A DNA stretch of 47,454 nt from positions 1 through 47,454 of the forward strand of contig JAHBMJ010000431.1 in the NCBI GenBank assembly GCA_018398765.1. The letters are read 5' to 3'. Below are positions 1 to 31,143 of the stretch, one piece after another. The notes beneath the pieces were generated by a model. It was given only the letters and a program-made list of their open reading frames with translations. It was not told the origin of the DNA and made no database searches. Source of the DNA: Chromera velia (taxonomy: Eukaryota). Position 1 is the stretch's first letter. Each line of letters opens with the position of its first letter. Made by a program: the position numbers and the translations under genes.

Positions 1-1725
1 GACAGACAGATCGGGTTTAGGAAAGGGGTGGGCACAAGAGAGGGGATCGGAGCAGTGGTAGGCTTGGTACAGGAATGCAGAAGAGGCAAGAAGGGGCTCC
101 TGGGCGGATTTGTCGACTTCTCAAAGGCGTTTGACTCCATCCCTCGGCTGAAGCTTCTGGCAAAGCTGCAGGCTGAGGGAATAGAGAAGAGAGATCTGTT
201 GATGATTGCATCAATGTATAGAGGCGTGAAAGCGAGAGTCGATGGGGACTCGGCTCTATTCCCGGAGGGGGCAGGGGTTAAACAAGATGATGCGTTGTCC
301 CCGTCGCTTTTTCTATTATTCATTAATGACCTGTATGATGAGATTCAGAAAGGAAAACGGGGAGATGGAAAGGAAACAGAGGGGGTTCATCTTGCTGGGG
401 CCAGTTTGGGAAGTATAGGCTACGCTGATGATCTTGTTTTGTTTGTACACTCAGCAGCCGACCTCCAAGCAAAATTCGATGCCCTGGAGGGGTATTGCGG
501 AAAGTGGGGGTTGAATGTCAATCTGAAGAAAACCAAGGTCCTGCGCCTTTGTGAATACCGCGAGGACTGTAACGGCATGATTTTATACCAAGGGAAGGAA
601 GTAGACTGGTGTGATCAATACAAATATTTGGGTTGCCTTCTGTTTGAGGGAGGGGATTTGACTCGGTCGATTGAAGCACGCCTATACAATGCAGAGCGTG
701 CAATGGGGGCGGTGATTGGTCTGGCTGTGAGTCTATCTGGGTTGCCTCTCGGGGGAAAGATGCAGCTGCTGAAGGCGTGCTGGAAGCCGGTGGCACTCTA
801 TAGCCTGGAGTGCTTTCCGATAAGACAGGGAGACTGGGAGGCGATTGACAACTTGCGGCTCCAGTTTGTTCGATGGGCGGCCCGACTTCCGGTCAGGAGT
901 TTGCGTGTACCCTCTCTTTTATCTGTTAATTTAATGTCTGCTCGCGCGCTCTTGTGTGCTCGTTTTGCTTTATTCTGGATTGCACTTAGCCGTTCGCATC
1001 TCCGTATTCCTCAGGCTCTTTTGAATTCATGGAAGGGACCAGCGGGGCAGAAGTAAAGACGAGCCGTCAATGGTCTGTTCAGATGGGCAGGCCTTGACTT
1101 TTTGACGTCTCTCCCTGTCCAAAGCTCAGAAAGATGGGCTCCGAAGGGGAATTTGTTTATTTCTGCCAAAATTAAGGATGCCTGGGGAATGGAATACATG
1201 AAAAGGGGAGACAGGGAAGAAAGGGGCAACTTCCCCCTGTCTGCCTCTTTATCAGGACTATAGAGAGCTCTTCCGTCTTCTTCACGTTCTTCTCTATTTC
1301 TTTTATCTTCAAAGAATGGCCCCAAGGTACGGATGTCCTGTCTGCCGAGAAGTGCCTTATGTGAGAAGATTGAGCCACTCCTAAGGGCATTGACACTAAA
1401 TCGGAAGGGTCTGACGGGGGGGGCCAACTCTCCGGGAGAGGTGTTTTGTCTGGCAGAGGGTTGTTTAAATGGAAGAAAAATTGATGATCTCTGGCACCGG
1501 CTTTTAGTATACTCCAATTGGGTAGAAGCAAAAAATGAACTAAACAAAGTGGTAGAGGGAAAGAAAGTGAAGCAAAGGATTCAGAGAGAAGGAATTGAGG
1601 GATCGGATACAGCCGAAACAGAAGTGAGGAAGATGCTGCTTTTGGCTTTACAAGTCGATCCGTATGAAGCATGCAGAGCCGTTTGCGATCTTTGTTACTC
1701 ACTGTGCACGCCTGTCTTTGTGTGA
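1..1725 (+). pseudogene. Reverse transcriptase ORF with two in-frame stops (TAA 1054-1056, TAG 1261-1263)
   Basis: ORFs 28..1056 and 1333..1725 share one frame. The sequence between them reads in frame apart from the two stops. Confidence 0.82.
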
Positions 1726-1912
1726 ACGCAACCTTTTCTTCTTCTGTTCGAGTCTTATATTGCCACCTCCAACGCGCATGCTGCTCATGAGCTCACCAAG
1801 CGAGCACTTCAGGGGATCTCGCGCTTAGCCTTATCTCTAGAGTTGAGTGATTGACAATCTCTTGCATGAAGATGGGCTGCTGGGAGCACGGCTCCACTCT
1901 AGCAAAGCCAAC

Positions 1913-1930
1913 TTCATTCATTCATTCATT
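1913..1930 (+). repeat. (TTCA)4 microsatellite tail at the LINE 3' end
   Basis: ttcattcattcattcatt about 190 bp after the RT stop; short tandem-repeat tails are typical of CR1/L2/RTE-type LINEs. Confidence 0.6.
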
Positions 1931-2599
1931 TATCATATGAAGTAGCCTTGCTCATGTGCAAGCACACCCTGCCAGAAGTGGAAGAGTTTGAAAAGAAATG
2001 CAGTTGCTTTGTCCCTCCTGGCCGGCCACCCTATGGCGTCCAGACAGAAGGTAAAGCGAGGACAAGAACCTTAGGGAAGATCTACAACACTCAGTCATAC
2101 CAGACTGAGTACAACAGTTTACAGAAGGTTCGTCGCTACATCAGTTTAAGTTCTAGCGCGATCTAGGATTCCAATCGGCTGGATTCACTCTATCATGCAC
2201 GGTTTTTGCTCATCCCTCTCTTTCAGACTCTAGAGCTGACAATGTATCAAACAGACATCAGCGTTAAACGATGCTATCCATTGCTTAAGTGTCATGTTGC
2301 CTGAATGCGAAGATCAGACTCGACTTCGATCGACGCGCGCGCGACATGTACGAAGCAAAGCACGGCGGCGGAATGTGGCGCGGCACGTGGGCTCACTCAG
2401 TCATAGCGCATGCGAAAGCTCAAAAGGCGGCGCCACAGGGTCGGACTCCACACAGTTAACTTGTTAAGCTAGTTGCGAAATGTTGCCACATGAGGGTGCA
2501 TCATTTAATAATCTGCCTTGCGTGTTGTGACTTGTCGAACGCTATAGACGCCTATTATGGGCCGATAGCCGCCGAATAGCGATGGCGTATGATGATGAT

Positions 2600-3070
2600 G
2601 ATGCACTTTAATATTAATTAGTGCTAAAAACTAGACTAAAAAATTAGCTTAAAAATTACTAGTACTCAGCTTATAAAAATTATTCACACTTAAAATTACT
2701 TTAAAGTTAGCACTAATCTTTCGCATTTTTAATGTTAAACATACGGGGGGTCATCCTCTTTGTTTAACCATTATCTTTGCTAACTAGTTTGCAAAACACT
2801 ACAGAACACGTGTATGTACTAGTAGACTACAAGGCCCGGACACATGATGAACCACATCTCATATACCAGACAAATCTGAGACGATGTAAAGCTATAATCC
2901 TAAGGTGTAAAGAACAACACGGAAAGAAAGGTAAAAAACATGATTGACCTAAATATTTTTTTTTTGCTGCTGCAAATACTTTTAAACTCAGATTTAAAGG
3001 TGCTTTCAAGTTCTGTGAATAGTTGAAACAGGTTCATAGTACTTGATGGTGCTTTGTGACGTTTTTTAAA
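2600..3070. other. AT-rich, TpA-rich island (probable decayed transposon remnant)
   Basis: Abrupt shift to A/T-rich sequence. 11-bp inverted repeat ATTAGTGCTAA (2617-2627) / TTAGCACTAAT (2707-2717). Confidence 0.5.
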
Positions 3071-3173
3071 TACACATGAGATCAGGCGGTTTTTCAGGTG
3101 AATTGCTCCGCTATCTTGAGCTAATACCCATGGATGGTTCTAGCAGTGGTCAGAGGATGGAGCAGAAGCACTG

Positions 3174-22168
<18,995 letters not shown>

Positions 22169-23007
22169 TGCAAGGACTCCAGTGGACACAGTGATGTGTG
22201 TCCGTGATCTTCCCCACCCTTCCCGTCCCTTGGACGGTCAGGCGCGTGCGTCAGCAGGCTGCTTGTGCTTGCGTCCTCGTACGCTCAGGGGACAGGAACG
22301 ATTGGGAGGAAGAAAGGACAGTTGACAGTTTGCTTCCACCGTCGTCTCGATGCGGGCTCACCGAGCTAAACAAATAAATCGAACCTTCTGAACCTCAGAC
22401 CACCTTCATTCCTATTCGGAAGAGCGGAATGCGAACTCAAGACTCTGCCAGTAAATCCTCTGCATCTGTGTCAGATCTGGTGCTGTTGTCAGTCACCGGC
22501 AGTCGGTGGATACTCACAAGATCTCACAAGTGTTCTTTGTGTCAGAAGGAGACGACGCACAACACAGTGTTGCGCCGCGTGCATGGAGACTGCATGCGTA
22601 TCGGTATCACCTGCTGAGGTGATGTCAGGTCACTCATGGGAACTTCAGTGGCACTGGCATGTCCCGTGCGTGGATGCATGTGCGTGGTGCGCGCAAGGCG
22701 GGGGCCACGGCCAGGTAACGACTTGACGTCTCCTCTTTTCGACCGCGCACGCAGTCTAATTTCTCTGCATATGTTTCTGTGCCCAAAAGGGCACCTGATC
22801 AGACGAAAGTGGAAGTTTGTTTTGCTGGCAAAACACAGCTGGAACACATCCTCAGTAAGAGACTGCGTTTGACTTATTCGGATATCGCCAAACTCCTTGA
22901 GTCTCGATAGACAGACAGAAAGAAAGACATAAGAGAGACCGTTGAAGAACGTCTATTTCATCTTACCTTCTCTGAGTGGACCTCATTTTTTCGTTTACTT
23001 CGTCAAG
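22169..23007. promoter_or_regulatory. Head-to-head intergenic region, probable bidirectional promoter (TPS-like / MTHFR)
   Basis: Predicted ATGs at 22168 (-) and 23008 (+) are separated by 839 bp; GCATG/TGCATGC words occur around 22580-22680. Confidence 0.55.
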
Positions 23008-26000
23008 ATGCGCGTTGATCAGGTAAGCCTATATGTTCTTTTTCGTTTTGCAGTGGCTGTGCTGGTGTTTTCCCGTCTGACGCCTTGTCCTTTCCCTCTA
23101 CCTTGTGGTGTGTCTCTTCCTTCACTCACTCCTTCTGACGAATAGGTCCAATCAGCAAATCTGTACACATCCCCCAGCTGCCACGTCCGTACACAAGTCC
23201 CCTTTTCCTCTCTGTCTTCTTCTGTGCAGAAAATTCGCGAGTGGCAGGAGCAGAACCCCGGGCGGTACTTCTTCTCTTTCGAGTACTTCCCTCCCAAGAC
23301 AGAGACGGGGACTTTGAACCTCTACGACCGTCTGGACAGGATGGGCATGTTGAACCCTATGTGGATCGACATCACCTGGGGGGCTGGGGGCTCCACTGCA
23401 GACAAGACCATGGACATCTGCCTCAACGCCGTCAGATACCATGGCCTGGAGCCCATGATGCACCTCACCTGCACGAACATGAAGAAGGAAATGATCGACG
23501 AGGCCCTCGAAAAGGCAAGTCAGAAACAGGAGAGAGAGCAGGGCAACATGCGAAGGAGTCAATCTCGATGTTTGACCATTTGAACCTTGTTGAAATGATC
23601 CTCGACGAGGCAGATCGAACACTTATCTTCCATCCTTCCTGCATCCGGTACCTCTCGAGAAGCGTGTGTGCGCGTCTGTGTCAGCTTCTCTGTGTAAGCT
23701 TCTGTGCGAATACTCGAAAGTTGTGCATCATTGTCTGTCAGTGTGTTGCTGTGCATAGCCCTGTGTCACGGCGTCTGACTCTGTGTGTGTGCAGTGCAAG
23801 GAGAACGGTATCCAGAACGTTCTCGCTCTCCGAGGGGACCCCCCTCACAATCAGGAGAGGTGGACCGCTGTGGAGGGGGGGTTCCAGTACGCATCTGATC
23901 TGGTGGCATACATCAGGGTGAGGGCTTCTTCGTTGTTCGGGGNNNNNNNNNNNNNNNNNNNNNNNNNNNNNNNNNNNNNNNNNNNNNNNNNNNNNNNNNN
24001 NNNNNNNNNNNNNNNNNNNNNNNNNNNNNNNNNNNNNNNNNNNNNNNNNNNNNNNNNNNNNNNNNNNNNNNNNNNNNNNNNNNNNNNNNNNNNNNNNNNN
24101 NNNNNNNNNGGGGGGGAGGTACTTATGAGTTGGGTTCTGTGTGTCCTTTTGAGACGGCTGTCTTTCGAAGTGCCAGCGTTTCGGTTCAATTTTTGCTTTT
24201 GATGGTTTTCTCATTGAATCTTTTCGCCTCATTTGTCTGTCTCCTTTTTGTTGGAACGCCAATCGCCTCAAGGGGTGTGTGGGCACCAGAAGGCCCTTCG
24301 AAAAAAGTGCTTCTTTAGACATGCGAGTCTTATGTGTGTCTTCACTTTCTACCTACCTCTGCCTTGCTGCTGTTCCTGTGGGTGTACGTACGTGTGCAAA
24401 CAGGAGAAGCACGGGGAGTACTTCTGCATCGCCGTGGCCGGGTATCCGGAGGGTCACCTCGAGAACGAGAGCAGAGACGACGACCTGAAGAATCTGAAGT
24501 ACAAGGTCCGTCCGTCTGGATGGATGGATGGATGGATGGCTCCTCCCTCGGCCGGGCAGTCGGGATTAGATCCATCCACACGAAGAGGGGGAGAGGCAGA
24601 CACGGAGAAAGGTGTTGTCGTTTGAAAACGTTTCTGCTGTAACCCTACTCCCTCGGTCTCTTAGAAATAATCTGCCAGCTGAGTAGAGGAACAAGTAACG
24701 ATAAGTAGCCCTTGATTTTTGCTCTTCTCTTCTTTTCTCTTCTCCGTGCAGGTGGACATGGGTGCGAACTTCATCGTGACCCAGCTCTTCTACGACAACG
24801 ATGAGTTCATGGCCTTCGTCAAGAGGGCGAGAGACATCGGGATCGAGTGCCCCATCATCCCCGGTGGGTGTGTGGGTGGGTAGGATGTTTGCTTTCTAAC
24901 TTGGGTTGGGTCTTTGATGCGAGGATGTTTGTTTTTTGAGGTTGGGTCTTTGATGCAAGGATGTTTGTTTTTTAAGGTTGCATGGGTCTTTGATGCAAGG
25001 ATGTTTGTTTTTTAAGGTTGCATGGGTCTTTGATGCAAGGATGTTTGTTTTTTAACGTTGCATGGGTCTTTGATGCAAGGATGTTTGTTTTTTAAGGTTG
25101 CATGGGTCTTTGATGCAAGGATTTTTGTTTTTTAAGGTTGCATGGGTCTTTGATGCAAAAAACCGTCCTTTCTTTCTGGCGGGGGGATGTACCAGTTGTT
25201 TTGGACTCAATTGAATTATTCTGTCTTGTCCGCCCTCGACGCCAGCCCTTGTCTTTCTGGTGTGCAACGTTCGATGTGCCCTTTTCCCTTCTCACCTCCC
25301 CGGGTCGATTGAATCTGTACCTCTGTCCCATTCTGTCTCGCCCTGGCTGCGTGTTCTCCTTCAGATGCATGCTTTTCGTTACACATGACATACGAGGGAT
25401 GTTGCAGGCATCATGCCGATCCAGAACTACGCAGGGTTCAAGCGCATGACGACCCTCTGCAAGACGAAGGTGCCCCCCGCGGTTTTGGAGGACCTGGAAA
25501 CCATCAAGGACGACGACGGTGCCGTGAAGGACTTCGGAGTCAAACTGTGCATCCAGATGTGCAAACGGTTGATGAAGGAGGGCGTTTGTCCAGGACTCCA
25601 CTTCTATACACTCAATCTGGAGGTCAGTCGGGTGGGGGCGGATCCTCTTTCTTTGGCTTTTTCCATTCTGCTGTGATTTGGATTCTGCTGATTCTTTTTT
25701 GTTTCACTAGAGAAGGCGCCTTCGGTTGCAACGACTTAAACTCTCTCAATTCCCCCCTCTCCCCCTCCCTTCTTTCCGTCTTCACTCCAATACGTTCATC
25801 TGCCCCTGCAACGTTACTTCTTGCAGGTGTCGGTGATGAGGATCGTCGACGGTCTTGAGCTGGTTGCCGATCACGTCTCCTCCCGTGCATTGCCCTGGAA
25901 GAGGGTGGGTATGTGTGTTTGTGTTTAGCTTGTTATTTTGCTTGCCTCTCCGTCATTGGGCAGACTGCTTGTGGGGTGTGTGGTCGTTGGGGTGCGTGTG

Positions 26001-28402
26001 TGTGTGGTGAAGAAGGCTCTGGTTGCTTTTGCACTCAGACCTTTTCTCTCAATTCCGTGTGATTCTTCCCACGCTTCCAACCTGCCTTCTGCTCATCTGT
26101 GCTCTGGCTCTTTGTTCTTCGCCAGCAGTGCGAATTGATCCCCTGTCTCAGCTTCTGACAGACTGGGTGCGTCTTTGCCTTGCTGCTGTGATTTGCAGTC
26201 CGTCCACCCTTCCAGAGACAAGGAGGAGGTGCGCCCGATCTTCTGGGCCAACAGACCGAAGTCCTACATCAAGAGGACGATGGAGTGGGACGACTTCCCC
26301 AACGGAAGATGGGGAAAGATCGGTCAGTCAGTCAGTCAGTCAGGCGGTCGGTCGGTCGGTCGGTCGGTCGATCAGTCAGTCAGTCAGTCAGTCAGGCGGT
26401 CGGTCGGTCGGACAGTTAGTCAGCCGGTCGGTCGGTCGGACAGTCAGTCAGCCGGTCGGTCGGTCGGTCGGTCGATCAGTCAGTCAGTCAGTCAGTCAAT
26501 CGATCGGTCAGTCGGACAGTCAGTCAGTCAGTCAGTCGATCGGTCAGTCGGACAGTCAGTCAGTCAGTCACTCAGTCAGTGAGTCAGTCAGTCAGCCTGT
26601 AAGCCACTCGGTCAGTCAGTCACAGTCAGTCAGGCGGTCGGTCTCTTCGGGTTGTTGCGCAAGTCACAGTGGAGGCTGTCATCACAGAAGGAAAACGTCG
26701 ATTGATTGATTGATGTGTTTCGTGGTATGACAGCTCCTCCTCAAATATCAACCAGCTGAATCTGTTCGTGATCACGAATGGCCTCCCCTTCATTCAGGCC
26801 TCTTCTGTGCTCTCCCCGTGAAATGGAATCTCTCTTTCCCTCCGACCTTCCCTCAATGTCACCTTGCCACCAACTCCCTCCTTCTTTCTGTGTGCGCATG
26901 CAGACTCCCCCGCCTACGGAGACGGCTTCGTGTCTGCGAGTCAGAACCCAGACGAGACGGTCAGTCAAGCAGGGAGGAGCATCTCTGTCTCTATCTACAC
27001 CCTGACAAGACATCCATTCCGTAACATTGCCTTTTATCTGTTAACATCGGTATTCTCTCTCTCTCTCTCTCTCTCTCGCGGAAGTCCCATGTTTGCGTCG
27101 TCCCCTATTCTCTGCCCGTTTGATTGCCTTTTTCCATGCTCCTTTCGTTGCCTCTGCTCCATCTCTCTCTGCAGTCGATGAGCCACCGCCGGAAGATGTG
27201 GGGCGAGGACCTCGCTTCGTTCGACGACGTCTTCAGAGTCTTCACCTGCTTCATCAAAAACGACCCGACGGTCCCCCGAATCCCGTGGTGCCCCGATGCT
27301 CCCGCAGAAGAAACCAACTTCCTCAAAAAGCAGCTGGTGGCCATGAACAAGAAGGGGCTGTTGACGATCAACTCCCAGCCCCGAGTCAACGGCGCTCTCT
27401 CCTCGGACCCCTACTTCGGCTGGGGCCCTCACAAGGGGTTCGTCTACCAGAAGGCCTACGCTGAGTTCTTCTGCTCCCCCGGAATGCTCACCCGACTCAT
27501 CTCGGCAGCAGAGGCAGGCAGACTCGGGACCAACGTCACCTACACCGCTGTCAACAGACAGGTGAGGAGGGTCGGGAAGAGATGGACATACACATGTAGA
27601 CAAACAGGTGCTTGTTTTTCGCGATTCCTCAGCATGTCCGACCAGACAGTCTTTGTGGGTGCAGAGCACGCGCTGACTCGACTAAGAACGCCAGGCTATA
27701 TGCGATGAACACCCTCGTCCACCTCCACTTGGTTCCGTGTTCTCTTGTTGTTGTCTGTGACTGTGTATTGCCCCAAACGAGAGTTCATTCACAAGTGCTT
27801 TTCTCATTCCTTTTGCTCTTTCTGTCTGTGTGTCTCCCTCTGCAGGGAAAGGTCCAGACATTTATTTTCATACATAAGAATTCTGTATGAAAATAAATGC
27901 ATGCACTCTCTGTGTGTCTCTCTCTGCAGGGGAAGGTCCAGACGAACTGCGCTGAGGACTCTGTGAACGCCGTCACGTGGGGAGTGTTCCCGAACTCCGA
28001 GATCAAACAGCCCACAGTGGTTGACTACGCCTCCTTCGTGATCTGGAAGGACGAGGCCTTCTCTCTCTGGTCAGTGAGGTAGACACGATCGGGGGGATGT
28101 TTTGCTCATTGTGGAGTTCTCTTGTAGGATTCTTTTTCGCCTTCTGTGGCAATTCGAGTGGCTACGATGAACAGAATTTTCTCTTTGTCGTCAAGTTGGT
28201 GCTGTTTGGGCTCTTCGCGAGTTTGTGTTTGTCATATCTCTGCATGGGTGTCTCCTCTCCCCTCCCTCTTCTTTCTGTCTCTTCTCTTCTCTCTCTGTGT
28301 ACTTGCCTCAGGGTGGACGAGTGGGGCTGCCTCTACCCTGATGACTCCAAGTCCCGTCAGATCATCGAGGAGGTCCGTGCTTTCTTTGTCTTTCTTTCCT
28401 TG

Positions 28403-28433
<31 letters not shown>

Positions 28434-28434
28434 A

Positions 28435-28465
<31 letters not shown>

Positions 28466-28835
28466 TTCTCTCTCTCTTTTTTTCTTTCTTTCTTGCTTTC
28501 TTTCTTTCTTCTTTGTTTTTATTTTTTTGCTGTCCCTTCATCTCATGCTATGACTGGTTTCTTCTTAGTCGATCGGGGCCTCTTTCTTTTTGGCATTCTT
28601 TCGAAAAGCCCGATTTGCTGGATGCCCTGGTGGGGGGTTGGCGATGAGCGCATTTTTGGCAGGGTTTTGTTTCTGTATCTGTTGTGTGCGTTTGAATCGT
28701 GTGCTTGTGCAGATCGCGAACAACTGGTGGTTGGTGAACATCGTTGACAACGACTTTGTGTCTGGAGATCTGTTCAACCACCTGACCGAGGAAGTCTCGG
28801 ACCCCATCAAGCACAAATGTTCCTTCAACTGGTGA
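23008..28835 (+). CDS. MTHFR: Methylenetetrahydrofolate reductase, eukaryotic type with C-terminal regulatory domain, 13 exons, ~606 aa
   Basis: Exons 23008-23022, 23230-23514 (GC donor), 23795-23917, 24404-24505, 24752-24863, 25408-25622, 25827-25904, 26199-26322, 26904-26959, 27175-27561, 27930-28069, 28312-28372, 28713-28835, all phase-consistent. Motifs [101 protein letters not shown]. Confidence 0.96.
23943..24109. other. Assembly gap (N run) in MTHFR intron 3
   Basis: Run of n flanked by G tracts; the exons on both sides join in phase. Confidence 0.95.
24882..25157. repeat. 40-bp minisatellite, about 7 copies, in MTHFR intron 5
   Basis: Unit ttgcatgggtctttgatgcaaggatgtttgttttttaagg. 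Confidence 0.92.
26323..26640. repeat. Compound (GTCA)n/(GTCG)n tetranucleotide repeat starting at the MTHFR exon 8 donor
   Basis: Directly visible. Confidence 0.9.
27825..27943. repeat. 35-bp duplication of the MTHFR exon 11 acceptor flanking a hairpin spacer
   Basis: Copies at 27825-27859 and 27909-27943; perfect 16-bp arms catttattttcataca / tgtatgaaaataaatg. Confidence 0.92.
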
Positions 28836-30782
28836 AGGGAGGGAGAGGGTGCGCTCTCAGGCTCTCTCTCTTTCTCTCTGTCTGTCAGGCTGGCTCTGTC
28901 TCTCTCTGTCTCTGAAGGAAGGCAAGGCAGGTCTGCAAAGAGGATAGTGGGAGGAGATTTGAGATGAGAGACCGGACTTAAGTGTGCAGGGAGGGAAGGA
29001 AGGAGGGAGGGAAGGAAGGAAGGAAGCAAGGAAGAAAGGGACGGGGGCGCCTGTGAGAGAGAGGCCTGGAGATCAGAATTTTGCGGATGGCACTCAAAGG
29101 TCCATATTTTCTAGTACATCCAGGAACAATGAAGGGGGTAGGGAAACACTAGTAGGAAGAAGTCAATGGGAAGGAGGGAGGGAGGGGTCTCTCTGTTCGT
29201 TTGCCGACAGAAGAGCGAATTTTGAAGGCTTTGACGCACTAGACTTGGTTCTATGCGTTGTTTGTTTTGTCTATTTTCTTCTCTGTATTGCTGCTTGCAG
29301 AATTGCTCTGAAGAGAAAAAATGAGAAGGAAGATTTCATACAGACAGACAGACAAGACAGAGATGTTCGATGTCTCTTCTAAGAGATGCAGACAGACAGC
29401 AAGAGAAGAAGGTTGCAGTCAGAGGCCTCGAAAGTGACAGGCTCTGCACCAAGATAGAAAGGAATTGAATGGAGACAGAGTTAAGAAAGGAAAAGTTTTG
29501 TTAGATTGTCGCGGTCCTCTGTCAGTCTGTCTGTATTTGAGGGGAAAGTCAGAGCCTTGACCAGAATTGGGAGAGAGAGACGATGCTGCTTGTAGGGAAT
29601 TCTGTTTTTGTTGTTGCAGACGGGCTGACTGGACAGACAAGTAGACAGAGAGAGTCGGCAGCAGAATTTTCACACCCCGCTTTTTCATTCATTCTTGTAG
29701 TCATCCTTTCTTCAAGACATTCTTCATGCCTCGTTATAGTCTCATGTCTCATTTGTTTTGTTTGTCCTTTTTCCCCCAATTCCACGCATCCAATCTGTCT
29801 AGCTCCTCTCTGTCTACCGGAAATTGACCGCTCTCACTCGATCCGATTGACTGCAAAAAAAAAAGAGGTCTTTGTCCCGTCTGCTGACCTGTTTCGCCTG
29901 TCTTTCTGTCCACTTTTTCATTCAGTGTTTGGCATCAGTGTCCGTGCGTGCATTGGTTGGATGCGTCCACTTTTGCACTGACGTCTTTCAAGAGGCCGGC
30001 CTACATCCTCGTTTGTGTTCGTGAAACGAGAGTGTATAAGGGTGCCGCTCCGAAAATGGAAAGTGGCAGAAGCTGTCCGTATGTCCCGAACTCCCATTAC
30101 AGTGTGGCGCTGAGCTTGCTGGGCTGTAGAAAAAGGGCTTCGAAAAGCGAATAACTAGCTAAATAACAAGTGTTCAATATTTGGTCCATATAATTTCGAA
30201 CAAATCAGTAGCAAATCAAGTTATACACCAACAGCTCTCACTACAAATCTAATGTAACACCCACCTACTGTAGGCTACTGAGCATATTAAATTACCGTTA
30301 ATCTTTTTAATAAAACTGTATTCAGAAACAGTATATTCTACTGCTAGATTGTAGCATGTATTAATTTAGTATAGTTTTTGGAAGGAGATTAGGCTACAAA
30401 TACTTCACTGCGCCATACCTTCTTTCACGATCTTTGTCTTTGTGACTGTCCGATGCAAAGACGCTTCAATCTGACAGACTAGCTGAAAGAAGACGTCTGG
30501 CTTGGGTCAATCACAATGGTTATGCACACTTCACGCACATGCACTAAGTGATTTTTGTGGTTGCACGCGCGTACGCAGATTATTTTCGCTTACGTGTGCA
30601 TGCGTTTGACCGTGAAAAGAGACACACACGTGACGCCAACAGCTTCTCGTTCCTCCATGTGTATCAGCATGCACGCCTATTTATATATAGAACTAGATAT
30701 AGAATTTTAAATTTTCTAATAAATGTTCACTAGTTTTGTGTATAGTCATTGCTATACTCAATTAATTAAAGTTTTCTGTTCT

Positions 30783-31143
30783 CTAGGGTTAATTTAAAAA
30801 AAAAAAATATGGTCTCCAGGGCACATTTTTCTTTTTTTTTTGCTTTTGGATGATGGCCTCCATCAAAACATGACAACCATATGCAACACCTTGCAACAGG
30901 AAAGCAACCTAGAAAACAACAGTTGTATAACAGTGCAACAACATTCATTTATTATTATAATAAAGAAGCAATAGTATAACTGGTAGTATAACAACAGTTA
31001 AACAACACTTACTGATTTGTGCAACACATTAATAACACTTAAACAACAAATTTTTTAGTTTGACATCAGAAAAAAAAAAAAAAAACAAAAAAGTGAAAAT
31101 AACCAAATTTTTTGGTTTTTTTTTTTTTTTTAATTAACTCTAG
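30783..31143. mobile_element. Non-autonomous TIR DNA transposon (MITE-like, 361 bp, 8-bp TSD)
   Basis: Termini CTAGGGTTAATTTAAAAAA / TTTTTTAATTAACTCTAG; TCTGTTCT flanks both sides (30775-30782, 31144-31151); internal CAACA-rich subrepeats. Confidence 0.7.

Larger units (their letters stand above)
1..1930 (+). mobile_element. Non-LTR retrotransposon (LINE-like), 3' portion cut by the window edge, decayed
   Basis: Frame from base 1 reads QIGFRKG, FVDFSKAFDSI, GVKQ(D)DALSP, YADD, VNLKKTK and YKYLG, which are non-LTR RT motifs. A degenerate C-terminal zinc-knuckle-like segment (CLAEGC...WHRLLVY) lies in the same frame, followed by a short 3' UTR and a (TTCA)n tail. Confidence 0.88.

Noticed and set aside
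30659..30760. Possible degraded hairpin insertion with tgtgtat..cat flanks
   Set aside because: Similarity is too weak to distinguish from AT-rich background.
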